Below, in pieces: positions 51,890 through 64,000 of a stretch of 64,000 bases of DNA. The notes below the pieces were generated by a model that saw only the letters and a list, made by a program, of their open reading frames with translations, was not told the DNA's origin and searched no databases. The stretch covers positions 84,444,001-84,508,000 of the forward strand of contig OX597827.1 in the NCBI GenBank assembly GCA_951406725.2. Direction: 5' to 3'. The position numbers and the translations under genes are program-made. Positions within the stretch are counted from its first letter, which is position 1. Each line of letters begins with the position of its first letter. The stretch comes from Octopus vulgaris. Its lineage: Eukaryota.

Positions 51890-53318
51890 CTAGGTTAGAA
51901 ACGGTTTCTTACTCTATTGGCAAGAAATCTTGAAATAAACTGAATAATGACATACATAGATATGTACATAAAACCAACATTTGGGCTGCTTGAGTGGACG
52001 CTTGATGTGAAAACCCGGAAGATACTAGTGAACACACATAACTTCCACATTAACAGTGACCTAGACGGCTTCTGCCTAAAACGAATCAAGGTGGAAGAGG
52101 CTTAACATCGATCCAGAAGGCCTTTGTCGTATCATATCCCTTCGGTAACATCTTTTAACCAGCAAGTGTCGAAGTGCATCCCTTGACAAAGTTTACACAC
52201 AAGACTTGGAAGGCAGCTCCTTGACCAACATTCTTTGTCTGATAATCTAGAATATATGCCCAAAGAAGTTGCACAACTCTACCGCAGTGTATCATAAGAG
52301 GAAAGGATGAGCCTATATGAGCAGAAGACTATGCATGGATATGTTAGTAGAAAACTCCGAGATGACAGTAACACTGATCATCAAAACAGTCTATCATGGT
52401 CAGGATGAATACCTCCCACTTTGAAGGGGATGCGTTTGCAATCCAGGAACAGGAAATATCAACCAAATACCTGAAAAGCGATGGAGATGCAGGAATAAGC
52501 AGCAAAATATGACAACCGATGCAGACTCTGTGGAGTTAATATCGAAGATATCAGCCACATCATAAGCAGTTGTCTGAAAATGTCATCACAGTATTATCTA
52601 GCGATGAGATATCATGTTGTAGCCAGGACACTCTATAAGGAAATCCATCAAAAGGATAACCCCAAAGACAAAGAAATAAGAGCCCACAGTATGGTAAAGC
52701 CATAGCCACCTATAAAAAAGGAGTACTGGTGGAATGTCCCAGTGAATACCTCAATAAAATGTAAGCACAACAGACCTGATATAATGATTTGCAATAGAGA
52801 AGAGAAACTGTGTACAGTTGTGGAAATTAGATGCCCAGCGAATGTTAACATAAAGCTGAAGATCAGTGAAAAAGAGAACACCTATGCTGAACTATTGAGA
52901 AATCTGCAGTTACTCTATCCAGATTACAATTTCAGTTTTGTCTGTAATTATTGGAACACTGGAATATGTGACACACTGCCTAAATACTAATCTTGAGAAA
53001 CTAGGCATCTCAAAATCAGAACGGAGAAAGCTGGTTCGAAGACTACAGATCCAATCCATCACTGGAACTGTAAAAATTTGAAAAGCTTTCCAGAAGTTTA
53101 TCATTTAAGTATATATGAGCAGGTCTAGATATGCAACTAATGCATGAGAAGACATACATAAAACAAACATACAAATCTGCGCGTATACATACATGCATAC
53201 ATACATAGAAAAATCTTTTGATGTTGAAATTCCAATGAAGTAGCATTGGATCTGGGTTAGAAACCAGCTCTTTCTCTACTGGCAAGAAATCTTGCAAAAA
53301 AAACTGAATAATGACATG
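51890..53318 (+). mobile_element. R4/Dong-like LINE 3' half of the (CATA)n-associated family, preceded by a second short 3' end
   Basis: Homologous to 6570-7919 (CRLC..HIISSC, KHNRPDI); terminus aaactgaataatgacat at both ~51950 and ~53315; (CATA)n upstream. Confidence 0.9.
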
Positions 53319-54179
53319 CATGCAATACACACACACACACACACACACACATATATGTAATGTACACATTCACACAATATAGCTACAAATGTATATTCAC
53401 ACAGGTGAGTTAATGTAAGGCTCTATATTATAACTATAAGAATTTAGACCTGGAATTGCCATTTTATGTATTTAAAAACCATCAAAACCCTGTTGTATTC
53501 GTCATTTGTCTATTTCCTAATTGTGCTGTCTTTTATGAAGTGACCAAACGGTTCATCGTACATCTGTCTCTCGGCCACAGATATATGACCACTGCAAATT
53601 GAAAATCAACTTCTCTTCATTTCTTTTCACTTGTTCTTTCTTGCGTTGATGACTTTCAAATTAAAATTTGTCAGTTTAATTAATTAAAGTCAATTCTTTC
53701 TGATTGTGTATGTATGTGTGTATGTTTATCTTGAAGGTCAAGAGTATTGTTATAGTTTAAATTTTAGACCTGTTAATTACTTTCACATTCAATTCTTCTA
53801 TCCCACTTCTTGATCCCTATTTTGTATTTAACCCTGTATCGTTACTCCCCTACCTATACGAACGTTTGGAGATGTCGTTCGCTCTCAATATCAAAATTAT
53901 TTCAAAATAGATTTTGAATTATCTTTTGCTAATATCAGTCTAGTAACTTTAGATTCTGGCCAACTTTACGGCTTATTAACCCCACATTAATCGTAGGGTT
54001 TTGTTACTTTTAGTTAGCAGCCGTTCCTCAGCCCCCACTCCCCGTCTTTTGTAAGGTCGTCCATCCAGTTAAATTTGACGAAGTATCTATTCACTTTGAA
54101 TGTAGGTTAGTGCCTGACGCAGGGGTCAGGGACGAGACAGTGAAGCATCGATAGAAGAATTGGTCATAGCTGTATAGTT

Positions 54180-55140
54180 TGGTGGAGACTGAGTATGAAC
54201 AAAAAGAAATTGGCAACCACAAAGGCCACAAGAATCTCCTCAGCAACTGTCGACTGCGGAGAATATTTAATCAAAGTGTTTAGGTGAGGATTTGGGGTGA
54301 AAGTGAGTTAGCAATGTTGAACGTGGAGTGTTAAGTGCACATTGGATAGGGTTAGTGGGCAGGGAACTAATTCAGAGTAAATGCTATTATTGTAGAAATA
54401 AATGAAGGAAAGAGAAGACAATAGTTGTAGAATTATTGAAATGTGTGAAGAGACGAGAAGTAAACGGGAAACGAACAGTAAATGCAGCGGCCTCTAGTGG
54501 CTTATCGAGACGAATGTGCCTTGGTGGTGTTGGTTGCAGAATTGTGGGTAGGAGGGTTGTTGGCAAGGAAACAAAGTCTGACTAATTGTAGAATGTCAAT
54601 AAGTTTGATGGTCATGAGAAGTGAAGTTTTACTTTTCAGATACTCATAGTTTTCATCAGAGAGTAGAGAAAAGCGGCATTGTTACCCTGGTTGATGGCTT
54701 TCTGTTACGTATATGTAGGTACATGTACCTGTATATAACCATATTTACATGTATAACTCACAGGCATAAGCACACACGTATATAATCGGACATAGAAAGA
54801 GCAGCAAGGCATTGGTTCTTGAACTGAAACGAAGAAACCTAAAGTACTTTTTATTGGATATAACAGAACGATGTTAGCCGAACACAGTAAAGAATAAATC
54901 ATCAGAAAGTGTTAAAACAAGATGGCTGCTGTGTAGTTGGAGGGTTTTCAGTGGTTGCCTTGGTGCGGTGATTGTGTGGACGACAATAGTAGACTTCAAT
55001 GTGAACCAAAAGAACCCAGATATTCCATGGGGAATTCAATTCTACCTGGTGCCACTGAAGGAATCGATACTGTCGGAAGGGGTCGAGATCGTTGTGACCC
55101 TTAGTTAGCAAATGCTGAAGGGTATATCCCACAGTGCTGC
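54180..55140 (-). mobile_element. Old fragmented PLE RT region
   Basis: DLDPFRQYRF..VHIEVYYCR and EAINQ-like peptides echo the N-terminal part of Neptune RT; heavily decayed. Confidence 0.33.
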
Positions 55141-55143
55141 ATG

Positions 55144-55184
<41 letters not shown>

Positions 55185-55185
<1 letters not shown>

Positions 55186-55401
55186 TCTTTCTATTGGAAG
55201 CACAAGGCTTCAAATAGGGGGGGAGAGGTTATTAAGTCGGTAACATTGAACTCAGTGCGTAACTGGTACTTATTTAGTCGACCCAGAAAGGATGAAAGGC
55301 AAAGTCGATCTCGGCGGAATTTTTACTCAGAATGTAGCGGCAGACGAAATACCGCTAAGCATTTTTCCCGGAGTGCTAACGATTCTGTCTGCTCACCGCC
55401 T
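55185..55401 (-). mobile_element. Meta-domain (OK-like) SINE
   Basis: ctggtacttatttagtcgacccagaaaggatgaaaggcaaagtcgatctcggcggaat..gctaacgattctgtctgctcaccgcc; ends in (TTA)n. Confidence 0.9.
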
Positions 55402-55435
55402 TAGTAGTAGTGGTAGTGATAGTAGTATGTGTATG

Positions 55436-55470
<35 letters not shown>

Positions 55471-55864
55471 ATACATACGTGTACATATGCGTATGTGTGT
55501 GTGTATCTAAATAATTACACCCATTATCTCCCCTGATTATTTTCGTCATTAGTGATATCATTGTAATTCCTTGTTAATTACTGATATAATCTAAGTACCA
55601 CAGTGAAGGTGAAGAAATATGGCGGCAGACATTATCAAATATCTAACCACCTTCTTTATCATGCACGTGCACGGTGCCAGCATTATTATTCAACTGTTGG
55701 CTTTGTCGTTGTTATCACTCTTTTCTCTACTTTCTCTTCTTCCTTCCTTTCCAATCGTCGTCGTCCTCGTCTTCCTCATACTGCTGCTCTTCATCGTCAT
55801 TACTACCACCATCACATTATTATTATTATTATTATTATTGTTGTTGTTGTTATCATTATCATTC

Positions 55865-57495
55865 ATGTACACACAACAGATTAGACAGCTGGAAAAGTAA
55901 AAATCCTAACATCGGACTACAACAAGTAACCTTAAATACCAAGAACCCTCCTAAGTATCCTAGCTGCCCCTAATAACACTGTTTCCTGCTGCTGTACTAA
56001 ACTGGGTTTTATGCCCATTTCCTCTATCCAGCTGTTCAGGTATTTTGGGATAGTCCCTAATGCATCTATAACTACTGGGATACATTTTACCCGCACTTTC
56101 CATAGTCTCTGTAATTCAATGACTAAGTCCTCGTATTTGCTAGTTTTCTCATATGGATTTAGGACTGTAAAGTCAATTATCTGCCACTTTTTATTCTCTT
56201 TATCTACTACTACTACTAAATCAGGCCTTCTAGCTTCTATTATTCTGTCAGTCTGAATGTTAAAATCCCACAACATCCTGTACTTCTTACTTTCTAGTAC
56301 TTTACTAGGTTCATGTTCATACCACTTATCAATATGTTCAAATCCTAGCTTTCTATGTAACTCCCAGTGGATTACTCTCCCTAGGTCATCATGTCTTTTC
56401 TTGTATTCTGTCTGTGCCAACTTGCTACATTCACTTACTATATGAATAACACTTTCCTCTTTTGATTTACATAACCTACATTGGGAATCTACTTGGTTTT
56501 TGTCTATCTTTGCTTTTATTCAATTAGTCCTTAACGCTTGATCTTGTCCTGCTACTAACAAACTTTCTGTCTCTTTTTTCAGCCTTCCTTTCTGCAACCA
56601 TAACCATGTCTCACTACTACTATTTGTTGCAACTCTCTTTGGGAATCTACCATGCAATGCCTTCTTCAGCCAATCAGGTAAGTTTTGTTCTTTTTTCTAG
56701 TTTTTAACTTCATTTGGTGTTTTGGTTTCCCTATGGCTTTCTGTGACTCTAGCAGCTTTTAATAAACTTTCTTCAGTATTATCTACATAGGACTCTATAT
56801 CTACTCTAGCTAACTTCACAAAGTCTTCTACTGATACTAACCCTCTTCCCTCTTCCTCTCTAGGTAAGTATTATCTTGCTACTCGTCCCCTTGGATGGAG
56901 TCCTCCATTCATATTGAATTCCATCCTAGTTCTTCTGTCTAGCTTTGCTAATTCAGTTTTTGTCCAATCGACAAAAGCTGTTTAGTATCTAAATAAAGGT
57001 ACTGCTCAAGTATTTACAGCCTTCACTAGATTCGGACCATTTAGCTTTGATTTCCTTAACATCCTTACCCTTCTGATGTACTCCTAATTTTTCGTTTTTC
57101 ATTTCTATAGTTATAGATTCTAATACTTCTAGATACTTATAACTCTCTCCTTTTAATGATTTTAATGTCTGGTCATCTGGTAATTGGATGCATTCGCTGT
57201 TGACTACCTGTCCCTTTTTCATGACTAATATTCCACACTTATCTATTCCAAATTCTATGCCTATATCTTTGCTGAAGAGTCTTATTGTCTGTATTAAAGA
57301 ATCTGTCGTTTTTCATTTTTACTAACAAGCTTTAGATCATCCATGCAGAGCAAATGGCTCATTTTTCCCTTACTGTTTATGAACTGATACTCTGCCTTTG
57401 CCTACCTTAATACTAAACTGAAGGGGATCAAACAAGAAAACTATTAAAGGGGATACTGAGTCTCCTTGGAAAATTTCTCTCTTGATTATTAACTT
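55865..57495 (-). mobile_element. R4/Dong-like LINE, RT to 3' end, ending in (TAA/CAA)n
   Basis: FQGDSVSP, HLLCMDDLK, YKKRHDDLGRVIHWEL, WDFNIQTDRIIEARRPDLVVV, LRRVLGI*. Confidence 0.92.
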
Positions 57496-57914
57496 TTGTA
57501 TCCTCTTTTACGTTGGATGTACAAATTTCACGAAGCGGAGATAGACACAGCTGTCTTCACGTTACGTACTTCAAATTATCCACTAAACACGATACTCCAA
57601 TCAATACAATTCTCATCGACTTCCCGCAAGCAAGACATAAATATTGAAAAAAAGGCATTTGGCCAAATTTGGACATACGACAGTTCAATAAAATAGCAAG
57701 GAGTGACATGGGAAGAATGTTTATATTCTTACTTTACCCACAGTAAAGCCTTGTAATGTTTCAAGTTACTGCTGTTCTTTCAGTTACACTTTGTTGCGTA
57801 TAGAATAGATATTGAGTAATGATGAACAATCAAAACCACAAACATGCAGATTGGGCTATCCGTTACAGTGCTAGCCTAATTTATGATTGCTCTATAGAAC
57901 AGTCTACTATATAA

Positions 57915-57984
57915 CAGAGAAGACGTACTCACCTTTGTTCCCCAATCAACGGATTGGCGAACAAAGGCGAGTAGGTCTTCTCTG
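57915..57984. other. 70-nt near-perfect hairpin
   Basis: cagagaagacgtactcacctttgttccccaatc-aacg-gattggcgaacaaaggcgagtaggtcttctctg: 33-bp arms with 3 mismatches. Confidence 0.9.
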
Positions 57985-58634
57985 AGGAGTAGACAACACA
58001 GCACGAAACTGTCCATGAGGAGACTTCCAACTGTTTTGCCGCGACACCAGTGAGATGGAAAGGTGTTTATATTCTTTTTTAGTCACAGTGAAACTTTGTA
58101 ATATGATATGTGTAGTGTATAAATTCGTGCGTGTATGTATGTGTGTGTGTGTGCATGTATGGATGGATTGATGAATGTGTGTTTATACATACACGCACAT
58201 ACATATTGGAAATAAATCGGGTGGGGTAAGCTACCCCAACTTACAAAGAATTGACAATAAACCTCCAAAACGCCAACATCGAGATGTGAAAGTTTATATC
58301 AATGTTTTATTTTTGTCGTCTAATTAAGTAATGATTCGTTATTCCACCCCCACCCCGTCAGCCTGAACAAACAGAGTGAAATTAGTGATAGCCAATAAAG
58401 TGTGTGTAATTACATCTAATGCCTGTCACTGTCTATAACCCCTACCGCGCCCTCGCTGGCGCTCGCTATTATCTCCAGCTTTGACACTAAGTGGTCTGCA
58501 GGTTGACACTTAAATTATTGAGCAAGCTGACATTTAGTATTACCGACAGTAATATAGATGTCACTAGTAACATGTCGAAGATGATGGCGGGCGGGGCTGG
58601 GGACAACGGAGACAATTTTCTCTTCTTAACCTTT

Positions 58635-58745
58635 TCATTATTCTATTTTGGTCATGAGACTGCGGCAAAGCTGGAGCACCGTCTTCAAGGTATTTTTTAA
58701 CTGATCATATCGATTTTAGGACTAATTGTCGGCCGATACTTATTT
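58635..58745 (-). mobile_element. CORE-type SINE 3' tail fragment
   Basis: gtcatgagactgcggcaaagctggagcaccgtcttcaagg. Confidence 0.7.
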
Positions 58746-58879
58746 TAATACCCCCCCCCACTTATTGACTGGGGAAGTTGACTGCTTTTAAGTAAAAAGG
58801 CGCAACACGAAGTTGCATTTTATACAGATGCACACACATACATGCATGTACACATGCACACCAACGAACGGACACGCAT

Positions 58880-59765
58880 GCCGGCCTATGGCAATTGTGA
58901 AAGAGAGCACAATTGCCATAGGCCGGCTGAAGAGTAAACCAAGTTGTCTAGGAAAACGCAATCTTGCACATCCAGCAGCAACCAATCAGAATGGAACTGG
59001 ATGAGTCGCCAACCCTGGAAGAGAGCACAATTGCCATAGGCCGGCTGAAGAGTAGAAAGGCAGCAGGAGAGATGAAAGCATGCGGTTCCTGTCATACATG
59101 CTAAACTCCATCAGCTCCTCGTTGCATGCTGGGAACAGGGCAAGCTGCCACAAGATCTCCGCGATGCCGTCATCGTAATACTGTACAAAAACAAAGGGGG
59201 GAAATCAGACCGCTCAAAATACCGGGAGAATCACCCTGCTTTCCACTGCAGGAAAAGTTCTTGCAAGACTTGTTCTGTCCATCGCCGAACATCCATCTTC
59301 CAGAAAGCCAATGTGGTTTCAGAGCCAACAGTGGCACAACAGATATGGTTTTCATTCTCAGGCAGCTTCAAGAAAAGTTCCGGAGAAGAACAAACCACTT
59401 TATGTTTACGTTTGTACATCTGACGAAAGCGTTCGACTCTGTGAGCAGGAGAGGTCTGTGGCAGATCCTAAACCGACTTGGCTCTCCCCCAAAATTCCTA
59501 ACCATGATCATCCAGCTTCACGAAGATCAGCAAGGACAAGTCCACCAAAAAAGTAGTGACATATCAGAACCATTCCCCGTCAACAACGGAGTGAAGAATG
59601 GGCTGTGTGCTAGCACCAACTCTCTTCAGCATCTTCTTCAACATGATGTTCAAGTAAGCCACTGCAGACCTCTGCAGTATTTACATCAGTAAGCCACTGC
59701 AGTATTTATATCAGGTACCGTCTGGACGGCAGTCTTTTCAACCTCCGCCGCTTACTGGCCCACAA
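58880..59765 (+). mobile_element. Decayed RTE LINE fragment with rearranged 5' junction
   Basis: LPESQCGFRANSGTTDMVFILRQLQEK, LTKAFDSVSR, PFPVNNGVK; aligns to 498-1240. Confidence 0.93.
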
Positions 59766-59799
59766 AACAATTCTTACAGTTAACCCGTGAGTTCATCCT

Positions 59800-60180
59800 A
59801 CATACAATGTAATTTTTCTCCGTACTTATCGAAGGATTAGAGTGTACAAAGGAGCCAGGACTAAATACAAAGCCATCATAGACAGTGGTGCTGAGGGGAT
59901 CTGCTCGCTATACAGGAGTAAATCCTGGAACAACGCAGAAAGGACCAGAAATAAGATAGATAATGCCAACTCATGGTATGACAACAAAAAATACCAGAGT
60001 GTCATGGTCGCGGCAAACCAGAAAAAAACATTAAGTAAGGCTAATCTACGAATTAAAGTAGTAGAAAGGTCTGGTGCCCCTATAAAGTCTCTGATTAGTA
60101 GAAATGATCTCTTTGATAAGTTCCCATGCATTGTATGAAATAAATGGAGCAAGAGCACACACAAAGACGGAAAATGTCGC
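59800..60180 (+). mobile_element. PLE RT-to-endonuclease linker fragment (possibly Nematis-like)
   Basis: SLYRSKSWNNAERTRNK..SWY..NLRIKVVERSGAPIKSLISRNDLF..C fits the LYR...W...ER / IKVVE.G..K..L pattern of PLE proteins; clade uncertain. Confidence 0.55.
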
Positions 60181-60273
60181 TGAAGAGGTCACAGATGAAA
60201 GATTTCTGGATAATGGACATGAATTAGAATAAGAACAGTAATAAATGTATATATATATATGTATATATATGTA

Positions 60274-60960
60274 TCTCTCTATATATAAACGGCAGTTTGT
60301 CTGTCTGTGTGTCTGTTAGGTTGTACCCTCACCCTGACCACGGCTTTCAACCGATTCTGATGAAACTGGACACAGACATAGCCCAATGTCATAATTCAAA
60401 ACTAACGCAGCGAAAATTTTGAAAGGTTCCCCCAGTTCTGAAAAAAATCGATAAATTCGACATGGGGTCGAGAATCTAAGCTTTTTATATGCAAAAAAGC
60501 GGGCAGCAATGTGAGTGACAACAACGAAAAAGTCAAAAGTGATCAAACTGAACAAACGAATGGAAAAGGTTTTTTGGTGCACACGACAAAAGCGGTTTAT
60601 AATAAACCAAGAGTTTGCAAGTAGCGTCCGAGGACCCTTAGGGTACGTCAAAAATTTAAGGTTTGGGGTGGTAGTTATAAAGAAAGTTTAAACAAAAAAG
60701 TATTCGAATAACTTGCGGCTGCAGCAGCTATTAGCAGAAGTGACAGTGTTGGGGGTAAAGTCTCGAATGTAATTTCTTCCTGGTAGGAATTGGTTGGGTT
60801 GAATTATCGATAGCTGTTTGATAGTTATTTTGGAGTGAACAGAAGACATTGCAACCTACACATGCGCCTTCGTTCCCTGGAGGGAAAGGACTAGATTGGG
60901 ATTAGTCGTTGCCTACTAGGGGCTCTTACATACCCGGGCAACGCCGGGCTATGCTGCTAC
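60274..60960 (+). mobile_element. Non-autonomous Helitron
   Basis: A|TC 5' end (TCTCTCTATATATAAA), (GTCT)n-like tract near the 5' end, subterminal hairpin CCCGGgcaacgCCGGG, 3' CTAC|T (CTAG variant), no TSD. Confidence 0.85.
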
Positions 60961-60961
60961 T

Positions 60962-61010
60962 CTATATATATGTATATATATATATATGTATATATATATA
61001 AGTGTGTGTA

Positions 61011-61052
<42 letters not shown>

Positions 61053-61091
61053 AAATATATGTATATATATGTATAAATATATGTATATATG

Positions 61092-61144
<53 letters not shown>

Positions 61145-61177
61145 GTATATATATATATGTATATATGTATATATGTG

Positions 61178-61212
<35 letters not shown>

Positions 61213-61219
61213 GTATATA

Positions 61220-61268
<49 letters not shown>

Positions 61269-61300
61269 ATATATATATATGTATATATATATATGTATAT
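60962..61300. repeat. Interrupted (TA)n/(TATG)n microsatellite
   Basis: Directly visible. Confidence 0.97.
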
Positions 61301-61931
61301 AGTAAAGAAAAATAAGTTGGCTAGCAGCAGGCTGTTTCGCCTCATACCGAAGGAATTAGAAATGGCAGTCAAAGACCGTTTTTTCCATTTCTATAAGTGG
61401 AGATTCCAAAAACGAAGGCCCTTGCGGCTCACATACACAAAACCGGAGTGGCAAATATACGAATTCAGTCACTTACCGTTAATAGCGAACACGGTGTTTC
61501 TGGATCACAAACAGGGAGTTTGAATTCCGTCATCAGCGCTATATTCGTTAGCTTTATCAAATGCCACCAGCCCTCACTTCTGACCCAGCGACATCAGATA
61601 GTGGGGGAAGTGCGCAGATGTTAAGACCAAGTAACGACTGGGAACGTAAATTTTCCCTCCAAAATTCTGCCATGCGCGCCTTCTGGGTAATCGTAATGGA
61701 ATGAGGAATCCACATGGTAATACAATAAAAATGGTAAATAATTTTCCTGTGGTTTTTCATGTAACCAACAATTATTTACCGGTAAATTTCGGTATGTAAA
61801 TACGACAAAATAATTGTCAAGACCTTTGTAAGGTTCAGTATATAGTAAAGAAAAATAAGTTGGCTAGCAGCAGGGTGTTTCGCCTCATACCGAAGGAATT
61901 AGAAATGGCAGTCAAAGACCGTTTTTTCCAT
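61295..61931 (-). mobile_element. ORF-less hammerhead-bearing retroelement (retrozyme-like or PLE partial tandem): 543-bp unit plus 94-bp terminal redundancy
   Basis: 61295-61388 equals 61838-61931 with 1 mismatch; (TA)n on both sides; hammerhead at 61482-61542. Confidence 0.75.
61482..61542 (-). ncRNA. Type I hammerhead ribozyme, core intact
   Basis: Minus strand: ATAGCG-CTGATGA-c-GGA-att-CAAAC-tccct-GTTTG-tga-TCC-a-GAAA-CAC-c-GTG-TT-CGCTAT; 6-bp stem I, GUU site. Confidence 0.82.
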
Positions 61932-61938
61932 ATATATG

Positions 61939-61969
<31 letters not shown>

Positions 61970-62012
61970 GTATGTATATATATATATATGTATATATATA
62001 TATGAATATATA

Positions 62013-62090
62013 TAGCAAACCAAATGGCGGTGCCCCAGCATGGCCACAGCTCATTAGCTGAAACTGGAAAATCAAAATCAATCAAAATCA
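62013..62090 (+). mobile_element. Short copy of a CR1-group LINE 3' tail
   Basis: 62013-62076 is the exact reverse complement of 63844-63907. Confidence 0.88.
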
Positions 62091-63821
<1,731 letters not shown>

Positions 63822-64000
63822 TTGATTTTGATTTTGATTTGACTTTGATTTTCCAGTTTCAGCTAATGAGCTGTGGCCATGCTGGGGCACCGCCATTTGG
63901 TTTGCTACACGGTTTTACCTCACGGATGCTTTTTAGCAAACGCCATCTGATGCATGAGAGAGTTCGATGCAGCTGCCCTCATCTGCGGCTCCAGCCGTGA
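63822..64000 (-). mobile_element. CR1-group LINE 3' end, continuing beyond the window
   Basis: Minus strand [18 protein letters not shown] parallels TWQETQRRAALFNSLLH at 4630-4680; tail ggcggtgccccagcatggccacagctcattagctgaaac plus (AAAATC)n. Confidence 0.85.

Noticed and set aside
54486-54500. CTCF-like motif GCGGCCTCTAGTGGC (also TAGATGGCGCTG near 21829)
   Set aside because: Isolated motif matches, one inside a probable PLE relic; no independent support.
57974-58025. CTGAGGAG..CGAAACTGTC hammerhead-like string
   Set aside because: Stem II has only 2 bp, stem I does not pair next to the cleavage site, and its 5' strand is taken up by the 57915 hairpin.

Overview
AT-rich, microsatellite-dense animal DNA, almost certainly from an octopod cephalopod (inferred from CORE-type OR1/OR2-like SINEs and Meta-domain SINEs). 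No complete host gene is visible; the only host-coding candidate is a weak 36-bp minus-strand first exon (44839-44874). The window is a graveyard of mobile elements: RTE, CR1-like, Tx1/L1, R4/Dong-like and HERO non-LTR retrotransposons, several Penelope-like element (PLE) lineages including one fairly well preserved Neptune-type copy (22447-25428), a DD34D mariner, a DD37D maT transposon, a non-autonomous Helitron and many SINEs. Almost all IYIY/HTHT/ERER ORFs in the track are microsatellite artefacts. Signals not explained by ordinary repeat annotation: (1) hammerhead-ribozyme folds from about five unrelated non-coding repeat families, three with near-complete catalytic cores, two with 65-95 nt inserted in stem II, and one inside an ORF-less 543-bp unit with a 94-bp terminal redundancy (retrozyme-like); (2) three independent ~99%-identical tracts between otherwise ~80-85%-identical dead repeat copies 20-58 kb apart, suggesting ectopic gene conversion or a polishing artefact; (3) several perfect fold-backs; (4) apparent partitioning of microsatellite targets among retroelement families; (5) a covarying 3' stem-loop shared by SINEs and CR1-like LINEs. 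All alignments and folds were done by eye; coordinates of decayed elements are approximate.
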